Origin: an uncultured Elusimicrobia bacterium
GTDB lineage: Bacteria > Elusimicrobiota > Elusimicrobia > 2-01-FULL-59-12
Length of the DNA stretch: 64,000 nt
Direction of reading: 5' to 3'
Assembly (NCBI GenBank): GCA_963702895.1
Contig: OY969767.1
Span: 1,984,001 to 2,048,000 of the forward strand
The position numbers and the translations under genes were made by a program. Below, in pieces: positions 32,155-42,545 of this stretch; position 1 is the stretch's first letter; the number at the start of each line of letters is the position of its first letter. The notes below the pieces were generated by a model. The model ran no database searches. It was not told the origin of the DNA and saw only the letters and a program-made list of their open reading frames with translations.

Positions 32155-33041
32155 GCCCCCACAAGCTTCACTTCAGTCTCCAAACGAACACCGGATTGCT
32201 TTTGGACGGTCTCCTGAATGTGTCGAATAAGGTCATAGACATCCTGGGCCTTTGCTGTTTCATTCGTCACGATAAAATTGGCGTGGCGCTCCGACACCCT
32301 AGCTCCTCCCCTCATCATCCCCTTCAGACCCGCCTTTTCGATCCATTGAGCAGCAGGGCCTTCCGGGGGATTCTTAAAAACGGACCCACAATTAGCTGTC
32401 GTAAGAGGCTGCGTGCGTGTGCGGTATTGGAGCAGCTCATCAAGGCGCTTCATTATAGAAGCCGGCTCGTCGGATTTCAAAATGAGCCTGGCGCCGACCA
32501 CCCACTCCCCTTCTAAATTGGAATGCCGATAAGCGAAATGGCACGCACCCTGGGCGCGTTCCTCAATTTGGTCGTCACGACCGAGAACCTGAACGGACTG
32601 AACGACGTCTCCGATCCAGCCTTCGCGGGTACCCGCGTTCATGACAAGCCCGCCACCGACCGTGCCCGGCACTCCGATCAGGGACTCGACACCGCTCAGA
32701 CCCTTTTCAGCGGCCTGTTTGGCGAGCGTCGGCAACAGAACCCCTGCCCCGACTTGAACCGCCGTCCCGTGAAACTCCATGTTTCGGAAATCTCCCAGCA
32801 AGTGGACCACCAGCCCGCGCACGCCTGCATCCGAAACGAGCAGGTTCGACCCGGCTCCCAGGAAAAAAACGGGGATTCGCTGCGACTGGCTAAAATGCCG
32901 AAGAGCAAGGAGTTCTGCAAGCGTATGCACTTCGGCATAATAATCGGCCGGTCCACCCACGCGGAGGGTGGTGTGCTCAGAGAGGGGTTCCTGAGTCTTT
33001 AGCCCGGGAACGGCGCTACGAAAATCGTCAGCGAGGGACAT
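32148..33041 (-). CDS. murB: UDP-N-acetylenolpyruvoylglucosamine reductase
   Basis: HTTLRVGGPA, GSNLLV, PGTVGG..MNAG, GSVFKNP, HANF. Confidence 0.95.
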   Translation of the reverse strand: MSLADDFRSAVPGLKTQEPLSEHTTLRVGGPADYYAEVHTLAELLALRHFSQSQRIPVFFLGAGSNLLVSDAGVRGLVVHLLGDFRNMEFHGTAVQVGAGVLLPTLAKQAAEKGLSGVESLIGVPGTVGGGLVMNAGTREGWIGDVVQSVQVLGRDDQIEERAQGACHFAYRHSNLEGEWVVGARLILKSDEPASIMKRLDELLQYRTRTQPLTTANCGSVFKNPPEGPAAQWIEKAGLKGMMRGGARVSERHANFIVTNETAKAQDVYDLIRHIQETVQKQSGVRLETEVKLVGAW

Positions 33042-34401
33042 CTACCTTTCCCATCAACTGCTCACCGCACTTCCAGACATCACCGGCACCCAGTGTCAGC
33101 ACGACATCCCCCGGCAAAAGTTCCGCCCGAAACATATCCGCGGCAAAAGGCTTGGGAGCCATGGTCACCTTGGTGTGGACTTGCGGCATGGCTTTTACGA
33201 TCAGATCCGCTGTCACACCCGGAATGGGATCTTCGCCCGCGGGGTAGATGTCCATGACATAGACGCGGTCCGCTTGATCAAAAGAGTGAGCAAACTCGTT
33301 CCACAGCGCTTGGGTGCGGCTGAACCGATGGGGCTGGAACAACACCACGAGGCGCCGCTGGGGATAGCGATCACGAAGGGCGGAAAGGGTCGCACGGATC
33401 TCCGTGGGGTGGTGACCGTAGTCATCGATCACCGTCCAGCCGTCGCGTTCACCTTTCAATTCAAGACGCCGGCCCACTCCTTCAAAGGTCCCGAGACCTT
33501 CCGCAATCTGCTTAAAAGCGATCCCCACCTCAAGCCCTACAGCCACGGCAGCAAGGGCGTTCAGGATGTTGTGGCGCCCGGGCACTTGAAGCCGAACCTT
33601 GCCGAGAGACGTACCCTTTTCCAGGACCTCAAACTCGGAACAACCCTCAGGGAAACAGACGTTGGCGGCCTGGAGCCGGGCCGCCTGACCGAAACCATAG
33701 GTCACGATGCGACGGCTCATGCGCGCCAGATGCGCGCGCACATGCGGATCATCCAGGCACGCGATCACACACCCGTAAAACGGCACGCGCCCCGCGTATT
33801 CCACAAAGGCGTCCGCGATCTTATCGAACGTCCCATAAAAATCGAGATGATCATTGTCGATGTTGGTGATGACCGCCAAGGCCGGCGAAAGTTTAAGGAA
33901 TGAGCCGTCTGATTCGTCCGCTTCGGCCACGAGATACTCACCTTTGCCAAGACGCGCGCCAGAATCGAGATGCTTGAGCCTTCCCCCCACCACCACCGTG
34001 GGATCAAAACCGCCCGCTTGCAGAACGGAGGCAACCATGGAGGTCGTGGTTGTTTTGCCATGCGTGCCGGCAATCGCGATGGTGTACTTGAGACGCGCGA
34101 TCTCCGCGAGCATCTCGATGCGGGGAATGACCGGAATACTTTTGGTTTTGGCCGCCATCACTTCGGGGTTCTGAGAGGAAACGGCCGTCGAGGTCACGAC
34201 GACGTGAGCGCCCTCGATGTTCTGGGGGCGGTGCCCGATGGCAATCAGGACACCCAATTTTTCCAGACGATCGGTGACAGAGGTGGCTTTTAAATCGGAT
34301 CCGGAGACTTTATAGCCCAGGTTGAGGAGCACCTCCGCGATCCCGGACATGCCCGACCCGCCGATCCCGACAAAGTGAATGTGCTGAATTTTCTTAAACA
34401 T
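33028..34401 (-). CDS. murC: UDP-N-acetylmuramate--L-alanine ligase (alternative start 34416)
   Basis: HFVGIGGSGMSG, GTHGKTTT, EADESD, DDYGHHPTE, FQPHR. Confidence 0.96.
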   Translation of the reverse strand: MFKKIQHIHFVGIGGSGMSGIAEVLLNLGYKVSGSDLKATSVTDRLEKLGVLIAIGHRPQNIEGAHVVVTSTAVSSQNPEVMAAKTKSIPVIPRIEMLAEIARLKYTIAIAGTHGKTTTTSMVASVLQAGGFDPTVVVGGRLKHLDSGARLGKGEYLVAEADESDGSFLKLSPALAVITNIDNDHLDFYGTFDKIADAFVEYAGRVPFYGCVIACLDDPHVRAHLARMSRRIVTYGFGQAARLQAANVCFPEGCSEFEVLEKGTSLGKVRLQVPGRHNILNALAAVAVGLEVGIAFKQIAEGLGTFEGVGRRLELKGERDGWTVIDDYGHHPTEIRATLSALRDRYPQRRLVVLFQPHRFSRTQALWNEFAHSFDQADRVYVMDIYPAGEDPIPGVTADLIVKAMPQVHTKVTMAPKPFAADMFRAELLPGDVVLTLGAGDVWKCGEQLMGKVDVPR

Positions 34402-34458
34402 ATTGTTAGCCGCCATCCCGATCCCGGCATGCTGTCTGCGGGGATGAGATCATCACTC

Positions 34459-35649
34459 CTAGACGATCTGTAGTATTGCAAATTTCAAATATTCTGTCTC
34501 TGGCATCGCCAAAAGGATGGGATGGTCCTTGGCTTGCGAGCGCAGCTCCACGAGCCGTATTTGGCGTCCCGCCTTCCTGGCTGCATGACGTAACATTTCG
34601 AGAAAGAGTTCCCGGCTCATGTGGTGAGAGCAAGAAGAGGTGGCCAGGAGCCCTCCTCGAGGCAAAGCCTTCATGGCAAGCGTATTCAGCTTCTCATAGG
34701 CTTTCAGGGCCAAGGGTAAATGCTTTTTCGAACGGGCATAGGCCGGTGGATCAATCGAGATCACGTCAAAGGGTCCGCCCGGATTTTCATGCGCGAGCAG
34801 CGCCAGGGCATCGCCCTCCACGCAGGTGGCGCGCGCCGAGAGCCCGTTGAGTTCCGCATTCGCCTGAGCAAGCTCGAGCGCCGCGTGCGCACTCTCCACG
34901 AAAACAACCTCGCGTGCGCCGGCGCGTCCTGCCGCAATCCCAAAGCCGCCCGAATAAGAGAAAGCGTCCAGCACCCTTCTGCCCGCACAAAAAGCAGCGA
35001 GCGCTTGCCGGTTATCCCGCTGGTCAAAATAAAATCCGGTCTTCTGCCCCGCGAGCGGATCGACCCAAAACTTTCCATTTTCGGTTTCAATCTGAACCCG
35101 GCCCGTGAGTGACCCGTGGACCACGCGGGGCACTTCCATGGCAAGGCCTTCCAGTTCCCGCAGGGAAGAGTCCGCCCGCCAAACAATCGTTTCGACGCGG
35201 AGGACCTTTTGCAGGGCCGCCACGATCCAATCGCGGCACGACTCCATCCCGGCAGCGATCGCTTGAACGACAACGCAGGCCCCAAAACGGTCGACAATCA
35301 GACCAGGCAGCCGGTCTCCTTCACCAAAAATCAGCCGGTAGGCTTGTGTTCCCGGGTAAAGCTTTTCTCTCCAGGTGAGCGCCTCCTGAAAGCGCTTTGC
35401 AAAGAAAGATTCATTGATTTCCTCTTTTTGGCTCGAAAGAATCCGGAATGCTATCAACGCATGAGGATGGTAGAAACCGCGACCCAGAAAGCCGGAGCGC
35501 GCATGAAGAAGGTCCGCGATCATGCCCGCGGAGGCGTTCTCGGGCCGTTTTTCAATTTCATTGGAGAAAGCCCAGAGGTGGCCTGCCAGCAGACGGCCCT
35601 CTTCCTTGGGCTTTAAGACAACGGAAGGTAAATCAGAGATGTGCGTCAA
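34459..35649 (-). CDS. rlmI: RlmI-like SAM-dependent rRNA methyltransferase
   Basis: PUA-like N-terminus (GHLWAFSNE), GQKTGFYFDQR, DPPAY, SSCS. Confidence 0.85.
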   Translation of the reverse strand: MTHISDLPSVVLKPKEEGRLLAGHLWAFSNEIEKRPENASAGMIADLLHARSGFLGRGFYHPHALIAFRILSSQKEEINESFFAKRFQEALTWREKLYPGTQAYRLIFGEGDRLPGLIVDRFGACVVVQAIAAGMESCRDWIVAALQKVLRVETIVWRADSSLRELEGLAMEVPRVVHGSLTGRVQIETENGKFWVDPLAGQKTGFYFDQRDNRQALAAFCAGRRVLDAFSYSGGFGIAAGRAGAREVVFVESAHAALELAQANAELNGLSARATCVEGDALALLAHENPGGPFDVISIDPPAYARSKKHLPLALKAYEKLNTLAMKALPRGGLLATSSCSHHMSRELFLEMLRHAARKAGRQIRLVELRSQAKDHPILLAMPETEYLKFAILQIV

Positions 35650-36166
35650 GCCACTTGCGGACTTGCTGCTTGACCTGCTGATAGTTCGCCTTGGTCAGCA
35701 CGATCGTCTCCGTATCCGAGAGTTTCTTGACCTGATCGGAGAAGGGCTGCGACTCCGCGCGGATCGTGGCGAGCACGGGCTTGGTCGAGGTCAGACATTC
35801 CAGGAGCGTCTGGCGGAAACGCTCAGACATCATTTCCATGGCTCCGATCTCATCGATCACCACCAGGTCCTTGGTCATGAGAGCGAGCTTGAGCGCCGGG
35901 ATGCCGACATTTTCAAGCGCGTTGATGTCCACCCCATATTTGCCCAGCTGGTGAGGACTCTTCATGCCCTTGGTGGCCAAGACGCGTTCCTGCCCGTCAA
36001 AGGTGCGCATCATGAAACCCTTGCGCATGCGCCCCGCAAGAATGTGTTCCGTATAAAACCCTCCGATTCGGTGGCGCTTGGCGAGCGACACTTCACGCAG
36101 AAGCATGGTTTTCCCCACACCGGGGGTCCCTGCGATAAAGAGGTTCTTGGTCACGGTATCGCCCAT
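35633..36166 (-). CDS. NTPase_1 (THEP1-like) P-loop NTPase
   Basis: GTPGVGKT, GGFYTE, RKGF, GKYGVD, VIDEIGAME. Confidence 0.85.
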   Translation of the reverse strand: MGDTVTKNLFIAGTPGVGKTMLLREVSLAKRHRIGGFYTEHILAGRMRKGFMMRTFDGQERVLATKGMKSPHQLGKYGVDINALENVGIPALKLALMTKDLVVIDEIGAMEMMSERFRQTLLECLTSTKPVLATIRAESQPFSDQVKKLSDTETIVLTKANYQQVKQQVRKWLDAHL

Positions 36167-36870
36167 AATCGATGCACTTGAGGAAGAATGCGCACGTCGC
36201 AGAGCTGCCGCGTCGCCAGGGCCCACCAGGACGCCAAGCGCCCCAGAGGAATGGCCTGCACGCGATTCCACGGAGTGGCCGGCTGGAGCACCAGGGGAAT
36301 ATCGCGCCGCACGCCACTGATCAAATCCACGACGTGCCGCAACTCCTCTTCCCTCGTGTTTGCGGTGAGAACCATTTTGGTGAAGATTTTGTTTTCGCCC
36401 ATTCTGAGAAACCATCGATGTGCCTCCCATAAGTCGCGGCCAACCGCGCTTTCCGGCTTGACGTCCATCGCGATCCAGTCGCACCCCTCGACAATGCGTT
36501 CCAACGCCTGGGGCAAGGTACCGTTGGTTTCTAAATAAACTTGGCGTCCCTGCTTGCGGAGTTCGGGGAGCAACTGCTCCAGAAACCCGACTTGCAGGAG
36601 AGGCTCCCCCCCTGTCAGGGAAACCGCTCGGGTCCGCCTCTCGGGATCCAGCTGGGAGATCCGTTCCAAAAGGCTTCTCGGGTCCCACCTGTGGCCCACG
36701 TCCAAAGGGATGCTTTCGGGCGTATCACAGTAATCGCAAACGAGATTACAGCCGCCAAAACGCACAAACAGATGAGGGTCGCCGACACAGATGCCTTCCC
36801 CCTGACGGCTTATAAAAAGATCCAGGACCGGCGCTTCCACATCCACGGCCAAGGCTGTTGCGGCGCTCAC
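36151..36870 (-). CDS. queE: 7-carboxy-7-deazaguanine synthase (radical SAM)
   Basis: QGEG, CNLVCDYCDT, TGGEPLLQ, ETNG, PQVH; GTGA overlap with queD. Confidence 0.9.
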   Translation of the reverse strand: MSAATALAVDVEAPVLDLFISRQGEGICVGDPHLFVRFGGCNLVCDYCDTPESIPLDVGHRWDPRSLLERISQLDPERRTRAVSLTGGEPLLQVGFLEQLLPELRKQGRQVYLETNGTLPQALERIVEGCDWIAMDVKPESAVGRDLWEAHRWFLRMGENKIFTKMVLTANTREEELRHVVDLISGVRRDIPLVLQPATPWNRVQAIPLGRLASWWALATRQLCDVRILPQVHRLWAIP

Positions 36871-37244
36871 TGAATAATCCGGGCGGCCGCTTCCGGGGTC
36901 TCCCAAACCGTCACCGACACCAGTCTCACGCCTGGTTCACGCCAGCGGCGCTTCAGTTCTTGGCTAATGTAGAGGGCGATATTTTCCGCGCTGGGATTTT
37001 CCTTCGTGAAAGGCGGAACCTCGTTTAGATTGCCTAAATCGAACCGCGCAACCGTCGCCCGCAAGGCCTTGCGCAAAGCAACGAAATCCGTGACATATTT
37101 TACCTTGTTTTGAAGTCTTTTTGCCTCCACGACGATTTGGACACGGTAGTTATGCCCGTGGAGCGGCTCGGTTTTCCCATGGTAATGGCGCAGGGCGTGG
37201 GCACTCGAAAAGTGATCCTCGACGATAACCTGATAGCGGATCAT
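36867..37244 (-). CDS. queD: 6-carboxytetrahydropterin synthase
   Basis: FSSAH, LHGHNY, NPSAENIA, VWET. Confidence 0.9.
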   Translation of the reverse strand: MIRYQVIVEDHFSSAHALRHYHGKTEPLHGHNYRVQIVVEAKRLQNKVKYVTDFVALRKALRATVARFDLGNLNEVPPFTKENPSAENIALYISQELKRRWREPGVRLVSVTVWETPEAAARIIQ

Positions 37245-38053
37245 CACCATTGGCTGATGTCAACCCGCCGAACCCCCGGCAGGCCCTGCCCCAAAAAGCG
37301 TTGCCCAATCTTCTCGAACTTTTCCGGGGAGTCACTGACAAAGAACCGCCTCACGGGTGCCCCTGCCTCCGATGTCCCCAGATGAAGGCGATGGAGCTCC
37401 TGGCCGACTTGACGAGCCGTTTCCTCAGCGGAATCAATCAAGCGCACCTGAGGGCCCGCCACCTTCGACAGGAGAGATTTTAAAAGTGGGTAATGGGTGC
37501 AGCCCAGAACCATGGTGTCAATCTGGTTCTTGAGCAAGGGGTCAAGATATTCTTTGACAATCTCAAGCGCAACAGGCTTCTCAAGCCATCCTTCTTCAAC
37601 GAGAGGCACGATCAGCGGACAGGCCTGCCCAAACACATGAGCATCGACTTTGAGCTGGTGGATCGCCTCGGTATAGGCTTGGCTTTCGATGGTGCCTTCC
37701 GTCCCGATGACGCCAATGCGTCCCGTATGCGTGGCGCCCAGCGCGGCCTGAGCTCCCGGCTCGATCACGCCGACGATCGGAATGTCAAAACGGGACCGCA
37801 GGGCCGGCAAAGCGAAGGCGCTCGCTGTATTGCAGGCGACGATAATCATTTTCACTTTCTCCTGCAACAAGAACTGAGCGATCTGGAGAGAAAAGCGGGT
37901 AATCACATCCCTTGATTTGGATCCATAGGGCACACGGGCGGTATCCCCAAAGTAGAGGGTGGACTCCTGCGGCAGCTGCCGGACAACCTCGCGCAACACC
38001 GTCAGTCCTCCAACCCCCGAATCAAAGAGCCCGATGGGCCATAAACGATTCAT
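37244..38053 (-). CDS. murI: Glutamate racemase
   Basis: FDSGVGGLTV, PYG, ACNTAS, LGCTHYP. Confidence 0.96.
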   Translation of the reverse strand: MNRLWPIGLFDSGVGGLTVLREVVRQLPQESTLYFGDTARVPYGSKSRDVITRFSLQIAQFLLQEKVKMIIVACNTASAFALPALRSRFDIPIVGVIEPGAQAALGATHTGRIGVIGTEGTIESQAYTEAIHQLKVDAHVFGQACPLIVPLVEEGWLEKPVALEIVKEYLDPLLKNQIDTMVLGCTHYPLLKSLLSKVAGPQVRLIDSAEETARQVGQELHRLHLGTSEAGAPVRRFFVSDSPEKFEKIGQRFLGQGLPGVRRVDISQW

Positions 38054-39285
38054 GTGCGCTCCTTCTGCTTGCGTACGTCATAAGCGGCAATTCCCGCGGC
38101 AAGCCCTTCCACCATTTTCTTTCTGAAGCTGGATGATTGGAGAAGACGTTCTTCATGACGATTGGAGACAAACGCCATTTCAACGAGTACCGCGGGCATC
38201 TCCGCGCCGCGAAGAACGTAAAAGGCGGCCTGTTTGACCCCCAGGGAAGGGACGGAGAGCCTTTCCGACAGATGCCGATCCAGAAGGGAACCCGCCGCGG
38301 ACGCTTCGTTGATGTTGGCTGTAATCTGAAGAGATCGGAGCACTTGTTTCAACCGACTGGGCGTTGGAAGCTCCTTGCCTTCCAGAGCCAGCACGGCGTT
38401 CTCCAGGCGGGCAACAGCGTCCGCGTGCGAATCCGAAGCGCGTTCGGAAAGAAAATAAACCTCAAAACCTTTACGGCGCGGGGAGGAGGAGGCGTTGCAG
38501 TGCAGGGAAATAAAGAGGTCCGCATGATGCTTGTTGGCGAGGCGCGCGCGTTCTTCAAGTGGGACAAACGAGTCGTCCATGCGCGTCAGAAGCACCTCAT
38601 ACCCATAGGCTTCGCGCAAAGAGTCCGCCAGATCAAGCGCCATGCGGAGGTTAATGTCTTTCTCAAGGGAGCCCTCCGGGCCTATCGCACCGGGGTCCTT
38701 GCCACCGTGTCCCGGATCAATCGCGATGCGCCGAAGGGCCTTGGCTTGCCGGGGAGGATCCACCTTGACGGCCGCTGCGGCTGGAGGACTGGAGATTTTC
38801 AAATTCGCAGAGTTGTTTCGATCAATGGGCCGACGCGAGGCCTCCTGCTCTTCGTCGGAAAGTGGCCCGATGAGCCGCGCCTTAGTCCGTTGAGTAAAAG
38901 TGGGTGACGAAAAGAAGTTGAGCGGGACCCAAAAGCCGTCTTCATTTTTGAGAGCCGGCGCCTCCATCAAGAACTCGCGCCCCGTCAACACAACTTTCGG
39001 CGAATCCGCTGTAAAACGAAAAATTTGTCTCGGAGTGGACAATTGAGCGCTTTTCGATGGAGGGAGGGGTTCAAGACGTCCATTTAAAATCGCGGCGACC
39101 TGGACCAGAAGGACATACGCGGTACCGCTATAGTCCTGGACCCGAAGGAAAGTTCTCCATTCCGGGACGGAATTCGGGGTCGCTTGGGGCCCCTCTTGAA
39201 CAACCGTCACCAACTCTTGGCGGTAGGCACCCTGGACGAAACAGGCCATTCCAAGAAGGAGCATGAAGGCACGAAAAACACACAT
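38050..39285 (-). CDS. N-acetylmuramoyl-L-alanine amidase (Amidase_3)
   Basis: Signal peptide; IDPGHGGKDPGA, EK, SLHCNA, VLVEMAF. Confidence 0.9.
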   Translation of the reverse strand: MCVFRAFMLLLGMACFVQGAYRQELVTVVQEGPQATPNSVPEWRTFLRVQDYSGTAYVLLVQVAAILNGRLEPLPPSKSAQLSTPRQIFRFTADSPKVVLTGREFLMEAPALKNEDGFWVPLNFFSSPTFTQRTKARLIGPLSDEEQEASRRPIDRNNSANLKISSPPAAAAVKVDPPRQAKALRRIAIDPGHGGKDPGAIGPEGSLEKDINLRMALDLADSLREAYGYEVLLTRMDDSFVPLEERARLANKHHADLFISLHCNASSSPRRKGFEVYFLSERASDSHADAVARLENAVLALEGKELPTPSRLKQVLRSLQITANINEASAAGSLLDRHLSERLSVPSLGVKQAAFYVLRGAEMPAVLVEMAFVSNRHEERLLQSSSFRKKMVEGLAAGIAAYDVRKQKERT

Positions 39286-39319
39286 ATCCGTGCAATTTTA
39301 GCATTTCGCTTCGAGGCGG

Positions 39320-42300
39320 CTAACGGAGCTCGATATCGACGCGCAGGTATTGACCGTCGCGAAGCGCGCGCGCTTGACGATCCGGAAGGAACCGGCCCTC
39401 ATGGGTCGTGATGCGACCCTCTTGGGAATGTAATTTGAAACGAATGACTTTTAAACCGCGTCCGGCAAAAGTATCTTGGCGGGAGGGATTGTGATAGACG
39501 ATCCAGGTCTGACTGAAGAGCCGGAAGGCGAAAGTCCCCTTGTCAAAGGACTCGTGAGCGCGTCCGCTAAAAAACCTTCCCGGAAGTGTCGGCTGTGGTT
39601 CAAAGCGAAGAGCGCCGTCCGTACACTTGAAGGGTTCAGCTCCAAGACCCATGAACAGGATCATGCTGAGCCATTCCGCTGTTGAACCGGAGAGCCTGGC
39701 AACAAATCCTGTTCCATGCAGGCGAGCATCCGGGAAGGAACTGGATGCGATAAAAGAGGAATTTTCGAAAGTTGATCGGCCATAGACCGCCGGATTCATA
39801 AAGGCCACAATGCCGTGCTTCATTTCCTGAAAGAATTCCTCGACGAGACCCGCGCGAAGGAGTTCCAGCATAAACTTGTAATGCATATGGAGGAAGATGG
39901 ACTCATTTTCAAGCCACCCTGGTGTGAAGATCTTGTTTCGGCCGATTTCGTAGGTCTCCCGAACCAAGGGAACGTTGAGCTTGTACATCTTCAGTTTTCG
40001 GTCAAAAAGCTCTGAAGCGCGCACGGCTTTATAGATCTTGCGAGCGTGCTGCACGTCACGGGCCAGGCGCATGGCATGCATAGGCCCTTCGAGAAACGGG
40101 CTCAAGGGGATTTGCTTAAAACGCAACGCTTTCACGTGCTGGAGGGGAGCGCCGTCGGCATCATCGGATCGTTGAGGAAGCGGCAGTTTTTCGTATTCCG
40201 TGACCTCGTTGATGAAATATGTAATGCAGAGCCCATCTGCGCCCACGGCCCGGCCCAGACCCGTGGACAGGACTGCGTCCACTTGCTTGAGAAAGGCTTC
40301 GATATCCCCACGTGCAAGGGATTGTTCCTGGCCGCTCACGCCCATCCAGGTCTTTTGGCGGAACCTTTCTTTCAAGGAAGCCAGTGTGTCCCAGGTACGG
40401 TAAAAATCATCCTGTCGCGCAAGCGCAAGCGCTTCTTGCACGGCTTTAAGGAGTTCCGCCACTTCTTCTGCCAGCTGAAGCCTATCGGACTCCATCATGC
40501 AGGCCGGCAAATGGCGTCTCACAAAGGCGATCCAGCGCCTCAATTCGAGGGCTTCATTCACGGAAGAACCCAAGAGCCCCGGCAAGCCGTTGAGCGCGTC
40601 ACACCAGCCCGGTCGGTCTGCTTCCATCTCAATGCCGACCCCAAAGGGGTCCAGGGACGCCGCTTTGATCGCTAAGAGCCCCAGGATTTTCGCCAGCAGG
40701 GTGGTGTGGTAGACAGGACCCGTGCCACCTTTGGTACGCACCTTATGCGGCTCCTCTTTACGCCCGCGTAAGAGGTGGGTCTTTGCCGGATCGCGCCAGA
40801 CCGCGTGCATCTGTCGGACAGCGCCGTCCTGACGCAGCACATATTTTTTCTCGCGCGGCCGCACCGCGTGGTCGTTATCGTAAAAAGTGAAATCGTTTTT
40901 CTCGACCAGCAAGGCCTTCAGTTGATCCGGATAGATCGCAGCAAAACTCTCCAGGTGGTCGAGGTTGTACGTCCAGTGATCGACCCAGAAGCCCTCGCCG
41001 TGCGAAGCGTCCTGGACCCTGGGGGCCGATGCTAATTGTCGCTCCAGTTCCTGGAAGGCTTGCTCGCGGGATGGGGTGCTCTCCAAAAGTTTCTCAAAGA
41101 GCTCGCTCGGCCGCACGTACTTCCCTTTGACAAGGTATCGTTCATACTGGAAGAGCAGTGGATTAAACCCATCGAGCTGAAGCAAATTAAAAAATGTCTC
41201 GACGTTGCTGGATCCCACACCCGCATGGAGGTAAGTCTCTGAACGACGATTCTGATTGACATCGCGGAAACTCCCATTGCCTTGAGAAAAGTAGCTCGGA
41301 GCGACCTCAAAGAAATTGTAATCCCTCTCCATATCCCCGTGTTTCCGGGAATACGCGTGATAGATCTGAGTTTTATTTCCATCCCGGAAGAGGATGGGCT
41401 GACCGCCACGAAGGACGTTGTCGAGGTAGGTCTGCCGGCTATAAGCGTCCAGGGCCGGCGAACCGGTATGAATGGCAAAGGCGTCTGTGATCTGGGACAA
41501 GACCGATGCGTTTTCCTCTCGTTTCAACTCTCCATACTTCGGGCTGGCTTGGACGCGCTGGCGAAAAGCCAGAGCCGCAGGCCAGGCACCCGCCTGACCG
41601 TAATAAGAGAACAGCTTTGCGGACTCACCGGGCTTGATCGAGAGCGGTGTATAGGAAAACGCCGAGGCAAAGCAGGATTCCGTGCGCTGCCCTCGAAAGG
41701 AGAGCGCCCTGCCTGCGGCAAAGACCGTCGGAGTCTGAAAGCTCGTCTCCTGGCCAAAGAGGGTGCCAGGGTCAACCAGGATGTCCAAACTTCGACCTTT
41801 CATGATCGAGAAGGAAAAGAAACCGCCTTCAATCCATTGCACTTCGGGTTTGTCTGAAGGTTCGGTTTTTAACTTGAAAAAAGGAAGTTTCTCATCCACG
41901 TGCGGGACTTCGGCAAAGGCCTCCATCGTCCGGGACATATGCTTGAGGAGGTAGTCGTTGAGACCGAACGGCACGATCTGCGGCAGGCCGTCGACCATTT
42001 CCCCTTGAAAGCTTTGGCCTCTGAGATTGTCCACCTGGACCTCACGCAGAAGCACGGGCAACGCCTCATTCGGCGCATTGAAAAACACCACCCTCACACG
42101 CAGGCCGAAATCCTGGTGGGTCTCTTCGAGCTCGATTTCATGGGGACGAATCGTGAGAGACTGTTTGACCTTGGGACCGGCATTGACCCTAAACGGCTCA
42201 TACAACACCGTTTGAGTGCCTTTTTTAAAACGAACAAACGTCCGAAACCCAAGGAGCGGTGTCATCGCATAAGCCTTATTGGCGGGATAGAACTCAAGCA

Positions 42301-42481
42301 TGGCGCCATTTTTATTGTGCACGCCAAAACTCGAAATACACTGTCCGCGGTTGGTGTAAAACACCCACATCGGCTTGCCAAAAAGGCATGAGATTCCTGG
42401 CAGAAAACTCGAGAAAGGGCGCGCCTGATGATAATCTTCAATGACAAACGCGTTCTGTTGGATGGAATATTTGGGACTCAT
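39320..42481 (-). CDS. Large glycoside phosphorylase, GH161-like (beta-1,3-glucan phosphorylase-related)
   Basis: FSSFLPGI...MWVFY.NRGQ.ISSFG, YSRKHGDMERDYN, FRDVNQNRR, GFWVDHWTYNLD, PGWLENESIFLHM, RLSGSTAE; family assignment from memory. Confidence 0.6.
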   Translation of the reverse strand: MSPKYSIQQNAFVIEDYHQARPFSSFLPGISCLFGKPMWVFYTNRGQCISSFGVHNKNGAMLEFYPANKAYAMTPLLGFRTFVRFKKGTQTVLYEPFRVNAGPKVKQSLTIRPHEIELEETHQDFGLRVRVVFFNAPNEALPVLLREVQVDNLRGQSFQGEMVDGLPQIVPFGLNDYLLKHMSRTMEAFAEVPHVDEKLPFFKLKTEPSDKPEVQWIEGGFFSFSIMKGRSLDILVDPGTLFGQETSFQTPTVFAAGRALSFRGQRTESCFASAFSYTPLSIKPGESAKLFSYYGQAGAWPAALAFRQRVQASPKYGELKREENASVLSQITDAFAIHTGSPALDAYSRQTYLDNVLRGGQPILFRDGNKTQIYHAYSRKHGDMERDYNFFEVAPSYFSQGNGSFRDVNQNRRSETYLHAGVGSSNVETFFNLLQLDGFNPLLFQYERYLVKGKYVRPSELFEKLLESTPSREQAFQELERQLASAPRVQDASHGEGFWVDHWTYNLDHLESFAAIYPDQLKALLVEKNDFTFYDNDHAVRPREKKYVLRQDGAVRQMHAVWRDPAKTHLLRGRKEEPHKVRTKGGTGPVYHTTLLAKILGLLAIKAASLDPFGVGIEMEADRPGWCDALNGLPGLLGSSVNEALELRRWIAFVRRHLPACMMESDRLQLAEEVAELLKAVQEALALARQDDFYRTWDTLASLKERFRQKTWMGVSGQEQSLARGDIEAFLKQVDAVLSTGLGRAVGADGLCITYFINEVTEYEKLPLPQRSDDADGAPLQHVKALRFKQIPLSPFLEGPMHAMRLARDVQHARKIYKAVRASELFDRKLKMYKLNVPLVRETYEIGRNKIFTPGWLENESIFLHMHYKFMLELLRAGLVEEFFQEMKHGIVAFMNPAVYGRSTFENSSFIASSSFPDARLHGTGFVARLSGSTAEWLSMILFMGLGAEPFKCTDGALRFEPQPTLPGRFFSGRAHESFDKGTFAFRLFSQTWIVYHNPSRQDTFAGRGLKVIRFKLHSQEGRITTHEGRFLPDRQARALRDGQYLRVDIELR

Positions 42482-42545
42482 TTTGGGCGCTATTGTACCA
42501 GAAAGTGTCACGACCCCTTATAGAAATGGCCGGGCGATGTCGATG

